DNA of 61,828 nucleotides, filler included, from Chthonomonadaceae bacterium (GCA_035650735.1; 4 parts of 4 records of this genome joined end to end with filler, not necessarily neighbours in it); one strand, 5' to 3'; counted from the first letter of the whole stretch, positions 40,178 to 50,842 are shown. Notes: a model not told the origin generated them from the letters alone. Translations and numbers: made by a program.

Positions 40178-41089
40178 ATGTCCCAGGAAGCGACCGCCGG
40201 GGTGCTGGTCAGCCTGTCATCCCAACTGGCGGATGTCGTGGAAAGAACGGCGCCCTCTGTGGTGCGCGTGGACGATGGGAGTCGCCTCACCGCGACCGGC
40301 ATCCTCTGGTCGGCGGAGGGCGTGATCGTGGCCACCTCGCACGGAGTGGAGCGCGATGAGGAACTGACCGTTGAGTTGGCCGATGGCATGCGCCTTGCGG
40401 CCACGCTGGTGGGCCGCGATCCGGATATTGACCTGGCGGTGCTGCGCGTCAATGCGACGGGATTGCCGGCCATCGAGAGAGCCGGGGAGAATGAGATTCG
40501 GGTAGGTCATCTCGTGCTGGCGCTCGGTCGGCCTGGCACGGCCGGGTTGCAGGCGACCATCGGCGTCGTCGGCGCGCGAATCGAAAGTCAGACCCACGGC
40601 CAACCAGGCTCCATTCTGCATACGGACGCCGTACTGTATCCCGGCTTCTCCGGCGGGCCGTTGGTGGATGTCAGCGGTCGTATGGTCGGCCTTAACAATC
40701 TGATGTTCGGGCGAGGTCGGGGCGTCACCATCGGCACCTCGATTGTGGCTGCCGTGACCGAGGCGCTGCTGTCTCATGGGCGAGTCCCGCGCGGTTATCT
40801 TGGCGTGCGCACGCAGCGGGTGGCGCTGCAGGAGAATCTGGCCCGCGCGCTGCAACTGGAGCAGACGCGGGGGCTTCTTGTCGTCGGGGTCGAGAGCGGA
40901 AGCCCGGCGGAGAAGGGCGGCCTGCTGCTGGGCGATACGCTGCTGGGCATCAACGAGCGCCGTGTGCAGGATGTGGAGGAGTTGCGAGGCAGCCTGCGCG
41001 AGGCTAAGGCGGGCGAAGCCATCACGCTGCGCATCCTGCGCGGCGGCCAGCTACAGAACCTGAGCGTGACCCTGGGCGCGGAGCCCTGA
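40178..41089 (+). CDS. S1C (HtrA-like) serine protease with PDZ, no signal peptide
   Basis: Triad 'TSHGV', 'DLAVL', 'PGFSGGPL'; PDZ 'YLGV..SPAEKGGL'. Confidence 0.92.
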   Translation: MSQEATAGVLVSLSSQLADVVERTAPSVVRVDDGSRLTATGILWSAEGVIVATSHGVERDEELTVELADGMRLAATLVGRDPDIDLAVLRVNATGLPAIERAGENEIRVGHLVLALGRPGTAGLQATIGVVGARIESQTHGQPGSILHTDAVLYPGFSGGPLVDVSGRMVGLNNLMFGRGRGVTIGTSIVAAVTEALLSHGRVPRGYLGVRTQRVALQENLARALQLEQTRGLLVVGVESGSPAEKGGLLLGDTLLGINERRVQDVEELRGSLREAKAGEAITLRILRGGQLQNLSVTLGAEP

Positions 41090-41126
41090 CCCCGCAAGGG
41101 GCTGGCTGTGGCGGAATAGGACGGGC

Positions 41127-41798
41127 ATGAGCGAGTACGGGCAAACGGAAGAACGAAGGCGTATCCGGGTTCTGATCGTGGCCGCCTATGCCGCGGTGCG
41201 GGCCGGTTTGCACGCGCTCCTGTCCGAGGCCGAGGATCTGACTCTGGTGGGGGCGCTGAGCGGCAGCGAGGAGTTAGAGCGCGCGCTGCCGGCCTGTCAG
41301 CCCGATGTGGTTGTCTACGACTATCAGGCCGGCGAGGGGGAGCGCCTGATAGAGATCCTGGCAGGCCGCAACACGGGTCTGGTGCTGCTCGGCGAGGAGC
41401 GGAGCGCTTACCGCAGGCTCCTCCCCCAGCCGCTGCGCGGCTGGGCCTATCTGCTCAAAGAGGCGGAGGGAGGCGAAATTGCCGGCGCCATACGCGCTGC
41501 CGCCGCCGGGTTGATCGCCCTGGATCGCAGCCTGGCGCCGCTCCTGACCGCGCCCGTCTCCTCACCGGAACAGGAACCCGGGGCCGAGAACGAGGCCGAA
41601 CAAGAATTGACGGTTCGAGAACGCGAGGTATTACAGCATCTCGCGCAGGGGTTGCCTAACAAGGTCATCGCTGCGCGCCTGCAAATCAGCGAGCACACGG
41701 TCAAGTTCCACGTCGCCTCCATTCTGGCCAAACTGGGCGCCGGTAGCCGTACCGAGGCGGTGACCCTGGGCGCACGGCGCGGCTATGTGAGCTTATGA
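41127..41798 (+). CDS. NarL/LuxR response regulator
   Basis: REC domain plus 'LTVREREVL..GLPNK.IA..L.ISEHTVKFHV'. Confidence 0.92.
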   Translation: MSEYGQTEERRRIRVLIVAAYAAVRAGLHALLSEAEDLTLVGALSGSEELERALPACQPDVVVYDYQAGEGERLIEILAGRNTGLVLLGEERSAYRRLLPQPLRGWAYLLKEAEGGEIAGAIRAAAAGLIALDRSLAPLLTAPVSSPEQEPGAENEAEQELTVREREVLQHLAQGLPNKVIAARLQISEHTVKFHVASILAKLGAGSRTEAVTLGARRGYVSL

Positions 41799-41905
41799 CC
41801 CAGTCCCAGGATGGCACCGTCTGGAACTGGGTCGTCATGCCCACTACTATACATAACTTCTGGAGCAGCGTGTTGCAGTAGGTGTAGTGGCCGTAACGGG
41901 CCTTC

Positions 41906-42193
41906 CTACGGCGATTCGTTCCCTCCTCCGCGTGATCGTCGGCGTGGTGATTCCCAAATGAGAAACACAAGCGCCACCGCGCCTGCCAGGTACAAAACAG
42001 CGCTAACCAAAGAGACGAGAGGACCGGCAGGAAACCACCGCCAATGGCCGGAAGTCATTGCGTCCAATACCGCACCAGCAAGCAGCAACCCCCAAGCCCA
42101 TGCCACTCTCATACGCCTGCTTGCGGCCAACGCTAGGTTCACCGAGAGGACAAGAAGTAGTAAGGATGCTAACTGTTTTCATCTTGCTTCCAT
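41906..42193 (-). pseudogene. Putative Rhs immunity membrane protein with a nonsense codon at position 5
   Basis: ATG GAA GCA AGA TGA AAA CAG TTA..: MEAR*KQLASLLLLVLSVNLALAA.., three hydrophobic segments, directly after the Rhs gene. Confidence 0.6.
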
Positions 42194-42255
42194 TCCCCGC
42201 ACGAACAAAGAAGCAGGGCGATGGCCCGGATTGAGGGGCCACCGCCCAGACTGTT

Positions 42256-44922
42256 CTATTGGGTGAAGTACTTACCCACCTTGCCGATTACCGTGGCGAT
42301 GGCCCCGCCCCATACAAGACCGCCGCCTATCACCTTAATGATGCCCCTTGGTGTGGCCCAACGGTAAGTGGGGAGCGGGGATAGCCTGGCCACTTAATCG
42401 GAAACTTCCTGGGCCGGAACCCCGGCACGCTCTCGCGTGGGTCGACATTGGAAAAAAAGCTCCCGCCTCCTAAGATGGTGCCGATCACCACCTCGCTTTC
42501 ACCCAACTGTTCCGTGCCGTCAAAGATGTCGTGCCAGTCCTGTCGGGTGAAATGATAGTCCCAGGTAAATGGATTCCAATCGCTATAGTCGTGCCCACTT
42601 GGGTCCACATGATTGACAGGCTCATGGTTACAGTACAGATACGGATGCTGGTCCAGTTCCGTATCCCTGGTGATGAACCTTCCGACCTGGGCATCATAGT
42701 ACCGAGCGCCCACCTTCATCAGCCCCGCATCCCCTTCCGTCCGGTAGCCTGCGGTGGCCCCATACATGTAGGCACTCGTGCTGCTGCCCGTGGTGGCTAA
42801 GGTCGGACCGAAGGCATAGTAGCTGATCGTGCCCGTCACACTCTGGCTGCTGTTGGTCACCGTCCGCTCGCTGCCCTGCCCATCAAACAGAGGATACTCC
42901 CCATCCTTGCGAAGCAGCGCGCTGCCGTAGGTGTAGGTGGCCGTGGTGGTCGAACTCTGCTTCTCCAGCAGCACGGCCCCACCAGCATACAGGAAGCTGG
43001 TCGTCACTCCTCCGGCTGTCCGGCTGACCCGCCTGCCGGTGGCATCGTAGGCGTAGCTGGTAGTGTTGGCTCCCTGAGTAATCGAGGTCAGGTTGCCGTC
43101 ATAGTCATAGCTGAGCGTGTAGGCGGTGCCGGAGAGCGTGCGGCTGGTCTGCTCGCCGTTGGCGTTGTAGCCATAGCTGTTGACGAAGCCTCCGCTGGTG
43201 GCGGTCAGTTGGTCATCGCTGTTGAGAGTGAAGCTGGCCGTCACCCCGCCCACCGTCTGGCTGGTGCGGTTGCCCACGTCATCCAAGACATAGCTGATGC
43301 TGTAGGCGCTGGTGCCGGTGCGGCTCTCGCTGGTCAGTCGGCCTCCCCAGTCATAGCCGTAGGTGGTCTTGTCGCCGTTGGCCTCCGTGCAGGAAGTGCG
43401 GCGGTTGTCGGCATCCAAGACGTAGCTGAAGGAGCTAAGGGTGGTGCCGCTGCTGTTCTTGTTGACCACGCTGGTAAGCTGACTGGCGTTGTCGTAGCCC
43501 TTGGTTACCGTGGTGCCGTTTTAGTTGGTGAGGCTGGTCTCGTTGCCGTTGGCATCATAGCCGTAGGTGGCGGTGCCTGCCGTATCCTGAACCTGGTAGA
43601 GTTGGTTGCGGGCCTTGTAGCTGTAAGTGAGGACCCGATTGTTGGCGTCGGTGAGGGTGGAGAGCAGGCCCTTCTTGCCTATGGCGTCGTAAGAGTAGCT
43701 GACGACCGTCGAGCCGCCCTTGCTTTCCCCGGTAATGCGCTCGACCCCATCATAGGTGCGGGGCGTGGTGCCAGTGGCATCGGTAAATTGGGTCAGGTTG
43801 TTGTCAGGGTCATAGCTGAAGGTTTGGGTGCTGGTGTCGGGATAGGTGATGGTGGTCACCCGCTCCCAGTTGTCGAGTGTGTAGGTCGTCTGGCGGTTTA
43901 AGGCATCGGTCCGGCTGGTCTTGACGCCTAAGCCGTCGTAGCCCCAACTGGTCACATGCCCCAGGGGCGTGGTCTGGCTGGTCAGGTCTCCATTGGTATT
44001 GTAGCCATACTGGTAATGGTGGTTGTTGGCATCGTAGTAATCCGTGCGCAGACCGTTGAGGTTGACTGTATAGGATTGGCTGGCCTGGATGGCGCCACTG
44101 CTGTCCTTATAGGTCTTCCCCGTCAGGTTGTCGTGGGTATCATAGGTAGAGACAACCTGCTCTCCGGTAGGGAGGGTGCTCGTCAAGGGAAAGTTGTGCC
44201 CGTTGTAGGTGTAGGTCCAGGTATCCAGGTAGGGGTCTTTCTTGGTCAGCATGTTGCCCATGCTGTCATAGGTGTACTGCCAGGCAAACCCCCGCTTGTC
44301 GGTGACCTTTGTCCGATTGTTGTTGGCATCCCAGACATAGTCCTCGTGGTAGAGCAGCGGGTCTTTGGCCTGGGTGACCTTGCCGCCCGTGTAGGTGTAG
44401 ACCGTCTGGTTGCCGTTGGGGTCGGTGACGGTGGTGGCCCCGGCAACATAGTCATAGCTGGTCTGGTTGAGAGCCGGGTCTTTCTCCCAGGCCAGGCTGC
44501 TATCGGTGCTGTTGTAGCCGAATGTCCAGTGATAGCCTCTGGGAGTCTGGATGTCGGTGATGCAGTGGTTGGCATCATACGAATAGACCGCGCTATAGGT
44601 CTGGCCATTGACCGGCGGGTTGCTCACTGTCTGGAGGTTGCCGTTGGCATCATAGGTTATCGTCCACTGGCGGTTTAAGGGATCGGTGATGGTGCTGATC
44701 CGGTTCTGGGCATTGTAGCCCAGCGTGATGACCCGGTTGGTCGGGTCGGTGATGGTGGTGACGTAGTTGCCCGTGTTATAGGCAATGGTAATGGTATTGC
44801 CGTTCCGGTCGGTGATGGTGTCACAGTAGAGGCTAGAGACGTTGACAACCTTGTAGTGGTACTTGGTCTGGTCCGTCTTGGTCAGCGTGTAGCTGCCGTC
44901 CGTATTATGTATTATGGACCAG
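42256..44922 (-). pseudogene. Rhs/YD-repeat polymorphic toxin pseudogene
   Basis: YD repeats and core end 'ARYYDAQVGRFITRD..Y.YC..EPVNHVDPSG'; in-frame TAA at 43521-43523, 7-bp duplication at about 44903-44916, probable frameshift in the C-terminal tip. Confidence 0.88.
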
Positions 44923-45017
44923 TGTTGAACGACAAATATCCTTCCTGGTCGGCGACAATTAGATTTCCCGTTGCCTCTTTTTCAGGATGGTGCGATTTCT
45001 GCTGCTTGCTGCTGGCT

Positions 45018-45117
45018 NNNNNNNNNNNNNNNNNNNNNNNNNNNNNNNNNNNNNNNNNNNNTTAATTAATTAANNNNNNNNNNNNNNNNNNNNNNNNNNN
45101 NNNNNNNNNNNNNNNNN
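45018..45117. other. Artificial contig linker
   Basis: N-run + TTAATTAATTAA + N-run. Confidence 0.98.
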
Positions 45118-45631
45118 TCGGCATCGTGCTTGCCTTGAGATGCACCGTCAGCGTTCCGCCGCCCTCCGGGTTAGAGATCCACTCCGCGCGCGTGACCTGG
45201 GCCTCCAGCGAAGGCGACGTAGCCGGGATGGGGCGGACAAGCCGAATCAAATATCCGAGCGGATTGAGCGTGGCGGGCCGGGTCTGTACGGCATCGGCAC
45301 AGGCCAGAAGCAGCACGGCTGCCGCCGCGCCGAACGCGAGGGCGCGCGGGCGAAACAGGAGGCGCCAATCCCAGAGGGCGCGTTTACGCGCAGCGGCCTC
45401 CGCCGCCGCCTGCGCGACCTCCACATGGCTCATAAGGCGCTCATGGAAGAAAGCGGGCGGTTCCACCCGGGGCGCCTGATCCAGCGCCGCCCAGACATGG
45501 CGCAGTCCCGCCAGCTCTTCACGACACGCCGCGCAGTCCGCAAGGTGATTCTCCAGGCTGACGGTCAGCGCGCTCTCCATCGTTTGCGCTATATAATCAG
45601 AAAATAGCTCCTGCGCATACACACACTTCAT
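45118..45631 (-). CDS. Zinc-finger (HxxxCxxC) anti-sigma factor, cut by contig end
   Basis: 'MKC......SDY..HLADCAAC' plus a TM segment; directly downstream of the ECF sigma. Confidence 0.88.
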
Positions 45632-45687
45632 CGTTCTCTACCCCGTCCCGACCAGCTATCGATTTTGGTCCTATGTCTCCGACGACA

Positions 45688-46275
45688 TCAGATTCCGAAT
45701 TGTTCCTTTAGCGGCTCCAATTTTGCGCGCAGGCAGAGACGAGCGCGGTTCAGGCGCGATTTGACCGTGCCGATGGGCAGCGCCAGGATCTCGGCGATCT
45801 CTTCATAGGACTTCCCTTCTGTGTGATAGAGCACGATCATGGCGCGCTGGTAATCGGGCAGCGTCGCGATGGCCTCCTGGAGCAGATCGTAGCGCTCCCT
45901 CTCTTCCACGATCCGATCCGGGGTCGGCGAGGTATCCTCGATCTGGCGGACTAGGCTGTTCTCCTCCATCTCGATGTACTCTTCCAGGGAGAGATGCTGC
46001 CTGTTGAGCGTGCGCTTGCGCCGGTCCAGATAGACGTTGATGACGATGCGAAAAAGCCAGGTGGAGAAGTTAGCGCTGCCGCGGAACAGGTGGATTGCCT
46101 GGAACACGCGCACAAAGGCGTCGGAGCTGATGTCGTTGGCCTCATCGTAGTTGCCGCACATCCGGTAGGCAAAGTTATAGACGCGCTTTTCATAGGCGCG
46201 CATAAGCGCATCAAATGCGGCGCGCTCGCCGCGCTTGCAGCGTTCTATCAGCAGCCGTTCTTCCGTGTCGGTCAT
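45688..46275 (-). CDS. ECF RNA polymerase sigma factor
   Basis: 'FSTWLFRIVIN', 'SYEEIAEIL.LPIGTVKSRLNRAR'. Confidence 0.95.
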   Translation of the reverse strand: MTDTEERLLIERCKRGERAAFDALMRAYEKRVYNFAYRMCGNYDEANDISSDAFVRVFQAIHLFRGSANFSTWLFRIVINVYLDRRKRTLNRQHLSLEEYIEMEENSLVRQIEDTSPTPDRIVEERERYDLLQEAIATLPDYQRAMIVLYHTEGKSYEEIAEILALPIGTVKSRLNRARLCLRAKLEPLKEQFGI

Positions 46276-46319
46276 TGTGGCAGTACGTTCTCGCGGTGTA
46301 ACAGGCGCAGAGGCCGCCC

Positions 46320-46829
46320 TCAGCGCAGGGCAACCTCCCGTAAGGCGCGCTCCTCTTCTTTAGAGAGCGCATGGCTGGACCGTCCGTTGTGGATGGCTTT
46401 GGCATAGACGCGCACATCCATGCGGCTGTATACGCTGGTCAGTACCACGCCATCGCCATTGGCGTCCAGCAGGGCCAGCGAAAAGCTCTGTTCGCCCCCC
46501 ACATCCTCAAAGGCATCATAGCGGACCAGGTTCGCAAAACGCAGGCAGGAGGGCATCTGCGCCTGGAGCACGCCGACGGCCTGCTCCAGCGCCTCCATGC
46601 GGCGTATCGTCTGCTGAACGGTCTCCAGGTGGGCCGCCAGCACCTGCTCCAGGCTGCCCGCCTCCACGCCGCCCGTGAGCGCGGTGAGTCGACGGTTGAG
46701 GCGTCGCAGGCGCAGCGCCAGGATCAGTCCCCCGATCAACAGCAGAATGACCAGCGCCGTCAGTGCGATCAACAGGATAGTGGCAGTATCGCCCCCAGGG
46801 CGGAGGCTGGTGCGAATTACTTCAGGCAC
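46320..46829 (-). CDS. DUF4446 family protein
   Basis: 'VRYDAFEDVGGEQSFSLALLD..GDGVVL..RVYAK..LSKEE'. Confidence 0.88.
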   Translation of the reverse strand: MPEVIRTSLRPGGDTATILLIALTALVILLLIGGLILALRLRRLNRRLTALTGGVEAGSLEQVLAAHLETVQQTIRRMEALEQAVGVLQAQMPSCLRFANLVRYDAFEDVGGEQSFSLALLDANGDGVVLTSVYSRMDVRVYAKAIHNGRSSHALSKEEERALREVALR

Positions 46830-46923
46830 AGAACAGACCTCGCTGGTTCCAGGAATGGCTCATAGATACACGGGAGCAACGTCGTTCCATCGCAGTGTGC
46901 CGGATACTGAAAGCACCCGTCTC

Positions 46924-47008
46924 TAGGGCGGCTACGCCGCCAACCGTCCGGACGGACGGAACAACCTAGCTTGGCAGGGCGTCCGAAGGACGCTTGGCCG
47001 TAGGCCCC
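46924..47008 (+). repeat. Dispersed repeat; unoccupied version of the 58059-58314 repeat
   Basis: Shares AGGGCGGCTACGCCGCCAACCGTCC..GGAACAACC and TGGCCGTAGGCCCC; contains an intact GCGTCC-GAA-GGACGC hairpin. Confidence 0.75.
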
Positions 47009-47178
47009 CACGCCGGGGGTTTTCAACCTCCGGCATTTAGGGTAGGCTCCTGCGGCGGCGCTTGCCTTCGCTATTCCACTATTGCAGGTATACTGCAAGG
47101 CATAGAATCGGTCACGCGCGCTCGGCTCCCCTGCCGAAGTCGCGAAGGAATACGAGGCCCCGGAAGGAGACTGCCACT

Positions 47179-47718
47179 GTGTCGCCGGATACGCGCCGCC
47201 AGGCTATCTTTGTTGCCGTATTTCTGATCGTCGTGGTTATGTTTGTGCTGACGTTTCGCCTGGGCGTGGTTCACGGCCAGTCCATGGCGCCCACCTATCA
47301 GGACGGCCAGGTCGTGCTGGTGCGGCGGCGCAACCTCTGGAGCGGTCCGCTTCACCATGACGACGTGGTGCTGGTGCGCAAGGATCGGGATGTGTTGATC
47401 AAGCGCATCTATCTGCTGCCCGGCGAAGAGTTGACCAACCCGGCAATCGTGCGGGCGACGTTTGTAAATAATGTCGCTGACTACTATGAGCAACAGATCA
47501 CGGACACGCCGCGCGGTCCCATAACGCGCCTGTTTGTGCCGGAAGGCTTTATCGTCGTGCTTGGCGACAACCGCCGCGTTTCCGATGACAGCCGCCAGTT
47601 CGGCCCGGTTCCTATTCGGAATGTGCTAGGGGTCGTAGTCGGCTCGCCGCCTCCGCCCACGCCCGCAGAGCGGGCGGCTGCCGGCGGAGAACCGTCGTCT
47701 CGATTAGGGGCCAGATAA
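47179..47718 (+). CDS. lepB: Signal peptidase I
   Basis: 'GQSMAPT', 'LIKRI', 'GDNRRVSDDSRQFG'; AAGGAG before GTG. Confidence 0.9.
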   Translation: MSPDTRRQAIFVAVFLIVVVMFVLTFRLGVVHGQSMAPTYQDGQVVLVRRRNLWSGPLHHDDVVLVRKDRDVLIKRIYLLPGEELTNPAIVRATFVNNVADYYEQQITDTPRGPITRLFVPEGFIVVLGDNRRVSDDSRQFGPVPIRNVLGVVVGSPPPPTPAERAAAGGEPSSRLGAR

Positions 47719-47767
47719 GCCCCTTATTGTAGCACGTCCGACGTCTCATGTAAACCGCGTCGAATCG

Positions 47768-47846
47768 GGAAGCGTCAACACGGCTGCCGGTGTCTTTGCG
47801 GCCTAGCAGGATAAACGAACTTACCTGCAAGAGGTTAGACGCTTCC
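47768..47846. mobile_element. 79-bp MITE related to the IS end at 28631-28655
   Basis: GGAAGCGTCAAC...CCTGCAAGAGGTTAGACGCTTCC; similar to 56962-57040 along its whole length. Confidence 0.65.
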
Positions 47847-47863
47847 GTACCGATAGTCTGCCC

Positions 47864-48376
47864 ATGCCGCAATCACTCAATGTTCCCGCATTTCCTACCG
47901 TAACCTGGGGAGAGGATCAGGTCACCTTTCTGCCGGAGGGCGTTCCCCTGCCGGCAGGGATGCCAGCGCCCGCCGCCCTCGTCTTCGCCCTGCTCGGATC
48001 GCGCTTCGTCGTCGCCGACATCCCCGGGCGTGGCTGGTGCATTCCCGGCGGTCGCCTGGAGCCGGGGGAAACAGCAGAGCAAGCGGCCCGGCGCGAAGCC
48101 CTGGAAGAGGCGGGAGCGCACCTCAAGATGCTCCGTCCCCTGGGCCACTATCTCAAGACGAATGCGGCCACCGGAAGCGCCCTCCTGGCGGCGGCGTTCG
48201 TTGCGGAAGTCGCCTACCTGGCTCCCCTGCCCTCCGGCACCGAATCGCTGGGCGTTCGTCTGCTCTCGCTGGAGGAATTGCCGCATCGCTATTATATGTG
48301 GGACGCACTTCTGGAGGCCGTCTTTACCTATGCCTGGGAGCAGGCAAAAAGCGTGCCAGAAGAGGATAGGCACTGA
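47864..48376 (+). CDS. NUDIX hydrolase
   Basis: Nudix box 'GGRLEPGETAEQAARREALEEAG'. Confidence 0.92.
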   Translation: MPQSLNVPAFPTVTWGEDQVTFLPEGVPLPAGMPAPAALVFALLGSRFVVADIPGRGWCIPGGRLEPGETAEQAARREALEEAGAHLKMLRPLGHYLKTNAATGSALLAAAFVAEVAYLAPLPSGTESLGVRLLSLEELPHRYYMWDALLEAVFTYAWEQAKSVPEEDRH

Positions 48377-48392
48377 ACTTGCCCGGCCCGGG

Positions 48393-49118
48393 TCATGCCT
48401 CGTCCTTGACGCCTCCGAGGCCCTGCTCCAGCGCATAGACGGCAAGCTGTGTCCGGTCGGCCAGGGCTAGCTTCTCCAGCAGATGGCTGACGTGGTTCTT
48501 GACCGTCTGGATACTGATGCCGAGCCGGTGCGCGATCTCTTTATTACAAAGCCCCTGCGCGATCAGCGAGATGACGGCCCGTTCCCGCTCCGTAATGGCG
48601 GCTGCCGGCGTGCTTTTCCCATTCGGCCCCGCTTCGCCCGGCGACGTGCAGCCCGCGGCGCTATCCTCCGGCGGCGCCGCGTCGCCCTCCACATCCGCGC
48701 CGCCACGGGCCGCCGCGACGGCCCGCAGCGCCCGCAGCAGCTCGGCCCGATCCAGCTGGACGTGCAGGTAGGCTGCCGCCCCCAGCCTAAGCGCCCGGCG
48801 CCGCTCAGCCTGCGCGGCCTCCGGTTCGGCCTCCTCGGCGGCAAGCGCCCCGGCCTCGCCGAGCACGACGATGGTCGCCGTGGGGCAGCAGACGCGTAGC
48901 CCGGCGATCACGGATAGACTATCCTCTTCCCTGTCTTCCAGCAGCGCCGAAGCCAGCAGGATGAGGTCCGGCATGGCATGAATGCAGACGCGCCGGGCCG
49001 CATCGGCGTCCGCCGCCTCGCCGACCACCTGAAAATCGGCTTCCGCATTCAGCAGCGCGGCCAATCCCTGCCGGAACAGCGTGCGTCCCTCGGCAATGAC
49101 TACCCGCACCTTCGCCAT
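48393..49118 (-). CDS. LuxR-type regulator with atypical receiver domain
   Basis: HTH 'TERERAVI..GLCNKEIA..TVKNHV'; receiver reads 'AEG' and 'PDLILLA'. Confidence 0.88.
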   Translation of the reverse strand: MAKVRVVIAEGRTLFRQGLAALLNAEADFQVVGEAADADAARRVCIHAMPDLILLASALLEDREEDSLSVIAGLRVCCPTATIVVLGEAGALAAEEAEPEAAQAERRRALRLGAAAYLHVQLDRAELLRALRAVAAARGGADVEGDAAPPEDSAAGCTSPGEAGPNGKSTPAAAITERERAVISLIAQGLCNKEIAHRLGISIQTVKNHVSHLLEKLALADRTQLAVYALEQGLGGVKDEA

Positions 49119-49452
49119 GTCCAGCCTCCTTCCTGATTCCTGCGGCTTTTGTTTTCCCCGCACCAGGCCGCTGTTGCTTTCCTCTTTGCCAGGCGGCTCA
49201 AACACAACGCTTCACGCTGGGTGTCCCTGGCTAATTTCGGAGCCGCGCGTTCCGTCACCGGCCTATCTAGATCATACGCGGTTTCCCGCTCAGAGGCGCA
49301 ATGTTTTGCCAATTTCTCACCGCTGGCGCGGATTCAACAGATTTCCGATGCGGCTAACGGCCCTCCTCCTGTCCGGATAGCTTACCCGGCGCCTTTTCGA
49401 TTTTTTTCTTCGCACTTTGAAAGAAGCGAGAGAACAAGCCCTTAAAAAGGGC

Positions 49453-49481
49453 TTGACTTTTTTCGCTATACTGCTTAGAAT
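49453..49481 (+). promoter_or_regulatory. sigma70 promoter of the DUF1559 operon
   Basis: TTGACT-17 bp-TAGAAT in AT-rich DNA. Confidence 0.75.
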
Positions 49482-49775
49482 GGAATTTGTCCTTGTGTTT
49501 GAAGCAAATAATCAGTTGCTCGACTTCTAAGGATACTCCTCCGTTTTGACGACCCGCATCATCCTGGGATAGCCCTTTTGTGCGTCCCTTTAAGGAGGTG
49601 ATGTGCCGCACCGAGAAGCCGTTTGCCGGTGGATTACACGTCCACCTATCGCCTTGTCTTCCAGGATTTTCTTTTTGTTTTTGGACCGACAGTACCGAAC
49701 CGACAGCAGCGGCAGGTACAACGTGCCTGCTCCTGCGGTAAGGTTGCATTTAGGGTTCCATTTTAGGAGGGTCTG

Positions 49776-50654
49776 ATGAAAAACCGAACGCGTTTCGGAT
49801 TTACCTTGATTGAATTGCTCGTGGTGATAGCCATTATCGCCATTTTAGCCGCCATCCTCTTCCCCGTATTCGCGCAGGCGCGCGAATCCGCCCGCAAAAC
49901 AAGCTGCCTCTCCAACATCAAGCAGCTCACTCTGGGCTACCTGATGTATACCCAGGACTATGACGAGCAGTTGATCGGCGAAAAGCTCTGCAGCTACGGC
50001 GACAGCGGCTGCGCCAATCCCGAACCCGGCCAGAAGAGCGCCTGGGTAGATACCTACCCGACCGGCGACTCCGCGGGTTGGTGGTTTGGGCGCATCCAGC
50101 CCTACGTCAAAAACTATGGGTTGTTCGCCTGCCCGGATGATGCGCGCGGCCTCAGCGACAGCAACGGCTGGGGCCAGGCCATCAAGCTGGGCCGCAATTA
50201 CCAGGAGCCAGGCGACGACAAGTACTTCAAGGAGAGCTACGGCCTGAATGAGTGGCTCACCTGCAACCCCAGCGGTTCGGGCAATCAGGCGCCTCCGGTC
50301 TGCGGCATGGCCCAGCTCACCCAGCCGGCTTCTATGGTGCTCCTCGCCGACGGCATCGGCCAGTTGATCAACGACTGGGATCTTCAAGGCGGGCAGTGCT
50401 GCAGCGGCTATATGCGCGCCTGGTATGCCAATACGACCTGGGGCGTCTGGGACGATGACTTCCTGAACTTCGAGAAGTATGACCATTACGCCCGGCATAC
50501 CGGCGGCGCTAACTTCTCGATGGCCGATGGTCACGCCAAGTGGGTCAAAAACTCTGGGACGATCCGGCCCCCGGTGGACCCGAATCCGAATAACCAGTGG
50601 AACCCCGGCCCGTCGTTCCCGTGGTATGATCCATACAGCACCCCGGCCAAATAG
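49776..50654 (+). CDS. Prepilin-type N-methylation / DUF1559 / H-X9-DG protein
   Basis: '[37 protein letters not shown]', '[17 protein letters not shown]'. Confidence 0.95.
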   Translation: MKNRTRFGFTLIELLVVIAIIAILAAILFPVFAQARESARKTSCLSNIKQLTLGYLMYTQDYDEQLIGEKLCSYGDSGCANPEPGQKSAWVDTYPTGDSAGWWFGRIQPYVKNYGLFACPDDARGLSDSNGWGQAIKLGRNYQEPGDDKYFKESYGLNEWLTCNPSGSGNQAPPVCGMAQLTQPASMVLLADGIGQLINDWDLQGGQCCSGYMRAWYANTTWGVWDDDFLNFEKYDHYARHTGGANFSMADGHAKWVKNSGTIRPPVDPNPNNQWNPGPSFPWYDPYSTPAK

Positions 50655-50842
50655 CCCAGGGTCCTTCTAACCTTGATGCTCCGAGTACCTATCTGCCTTA
50701 CATAACGCCGTAAGGTAGAATGTAGGGCAATAGGTACCACCTCTCGGAGCGGATTCTGTGTCGCATGGGGACGGCGCATTTTGTGCTGCCCCCGCCCTCA
50801 GAGCAACGCACGCAAACTTAGTCAATGAAGGAGTAAGGACCC

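Noticed and set aside
42179..42181. TGA in the immunity gene as selenocysteine
   Set aside because: No downstream hairpin or Cys context; better explained as a nonsense change such as TGG to TGA
42452..42458. T7 tract as the Rhs tip frameshift site
   Set aside because: The alternative frame has a TAA downstream of it, so any shift must lie later (about 42345-42390)
43521..43523. Programmed read-through or alternative genetic code in Rhs
   Set aside because: TAA is a normal stop elsewhere in the window, and additional lesions indicate pseudogenisation
44923..45017. Possible IS end (TGTTGAACGACA..) truncating Rhs at the contig edge
   Set aside because: Only a TGT terminus and loss of Rhs similarity; no partner end or transposase visible
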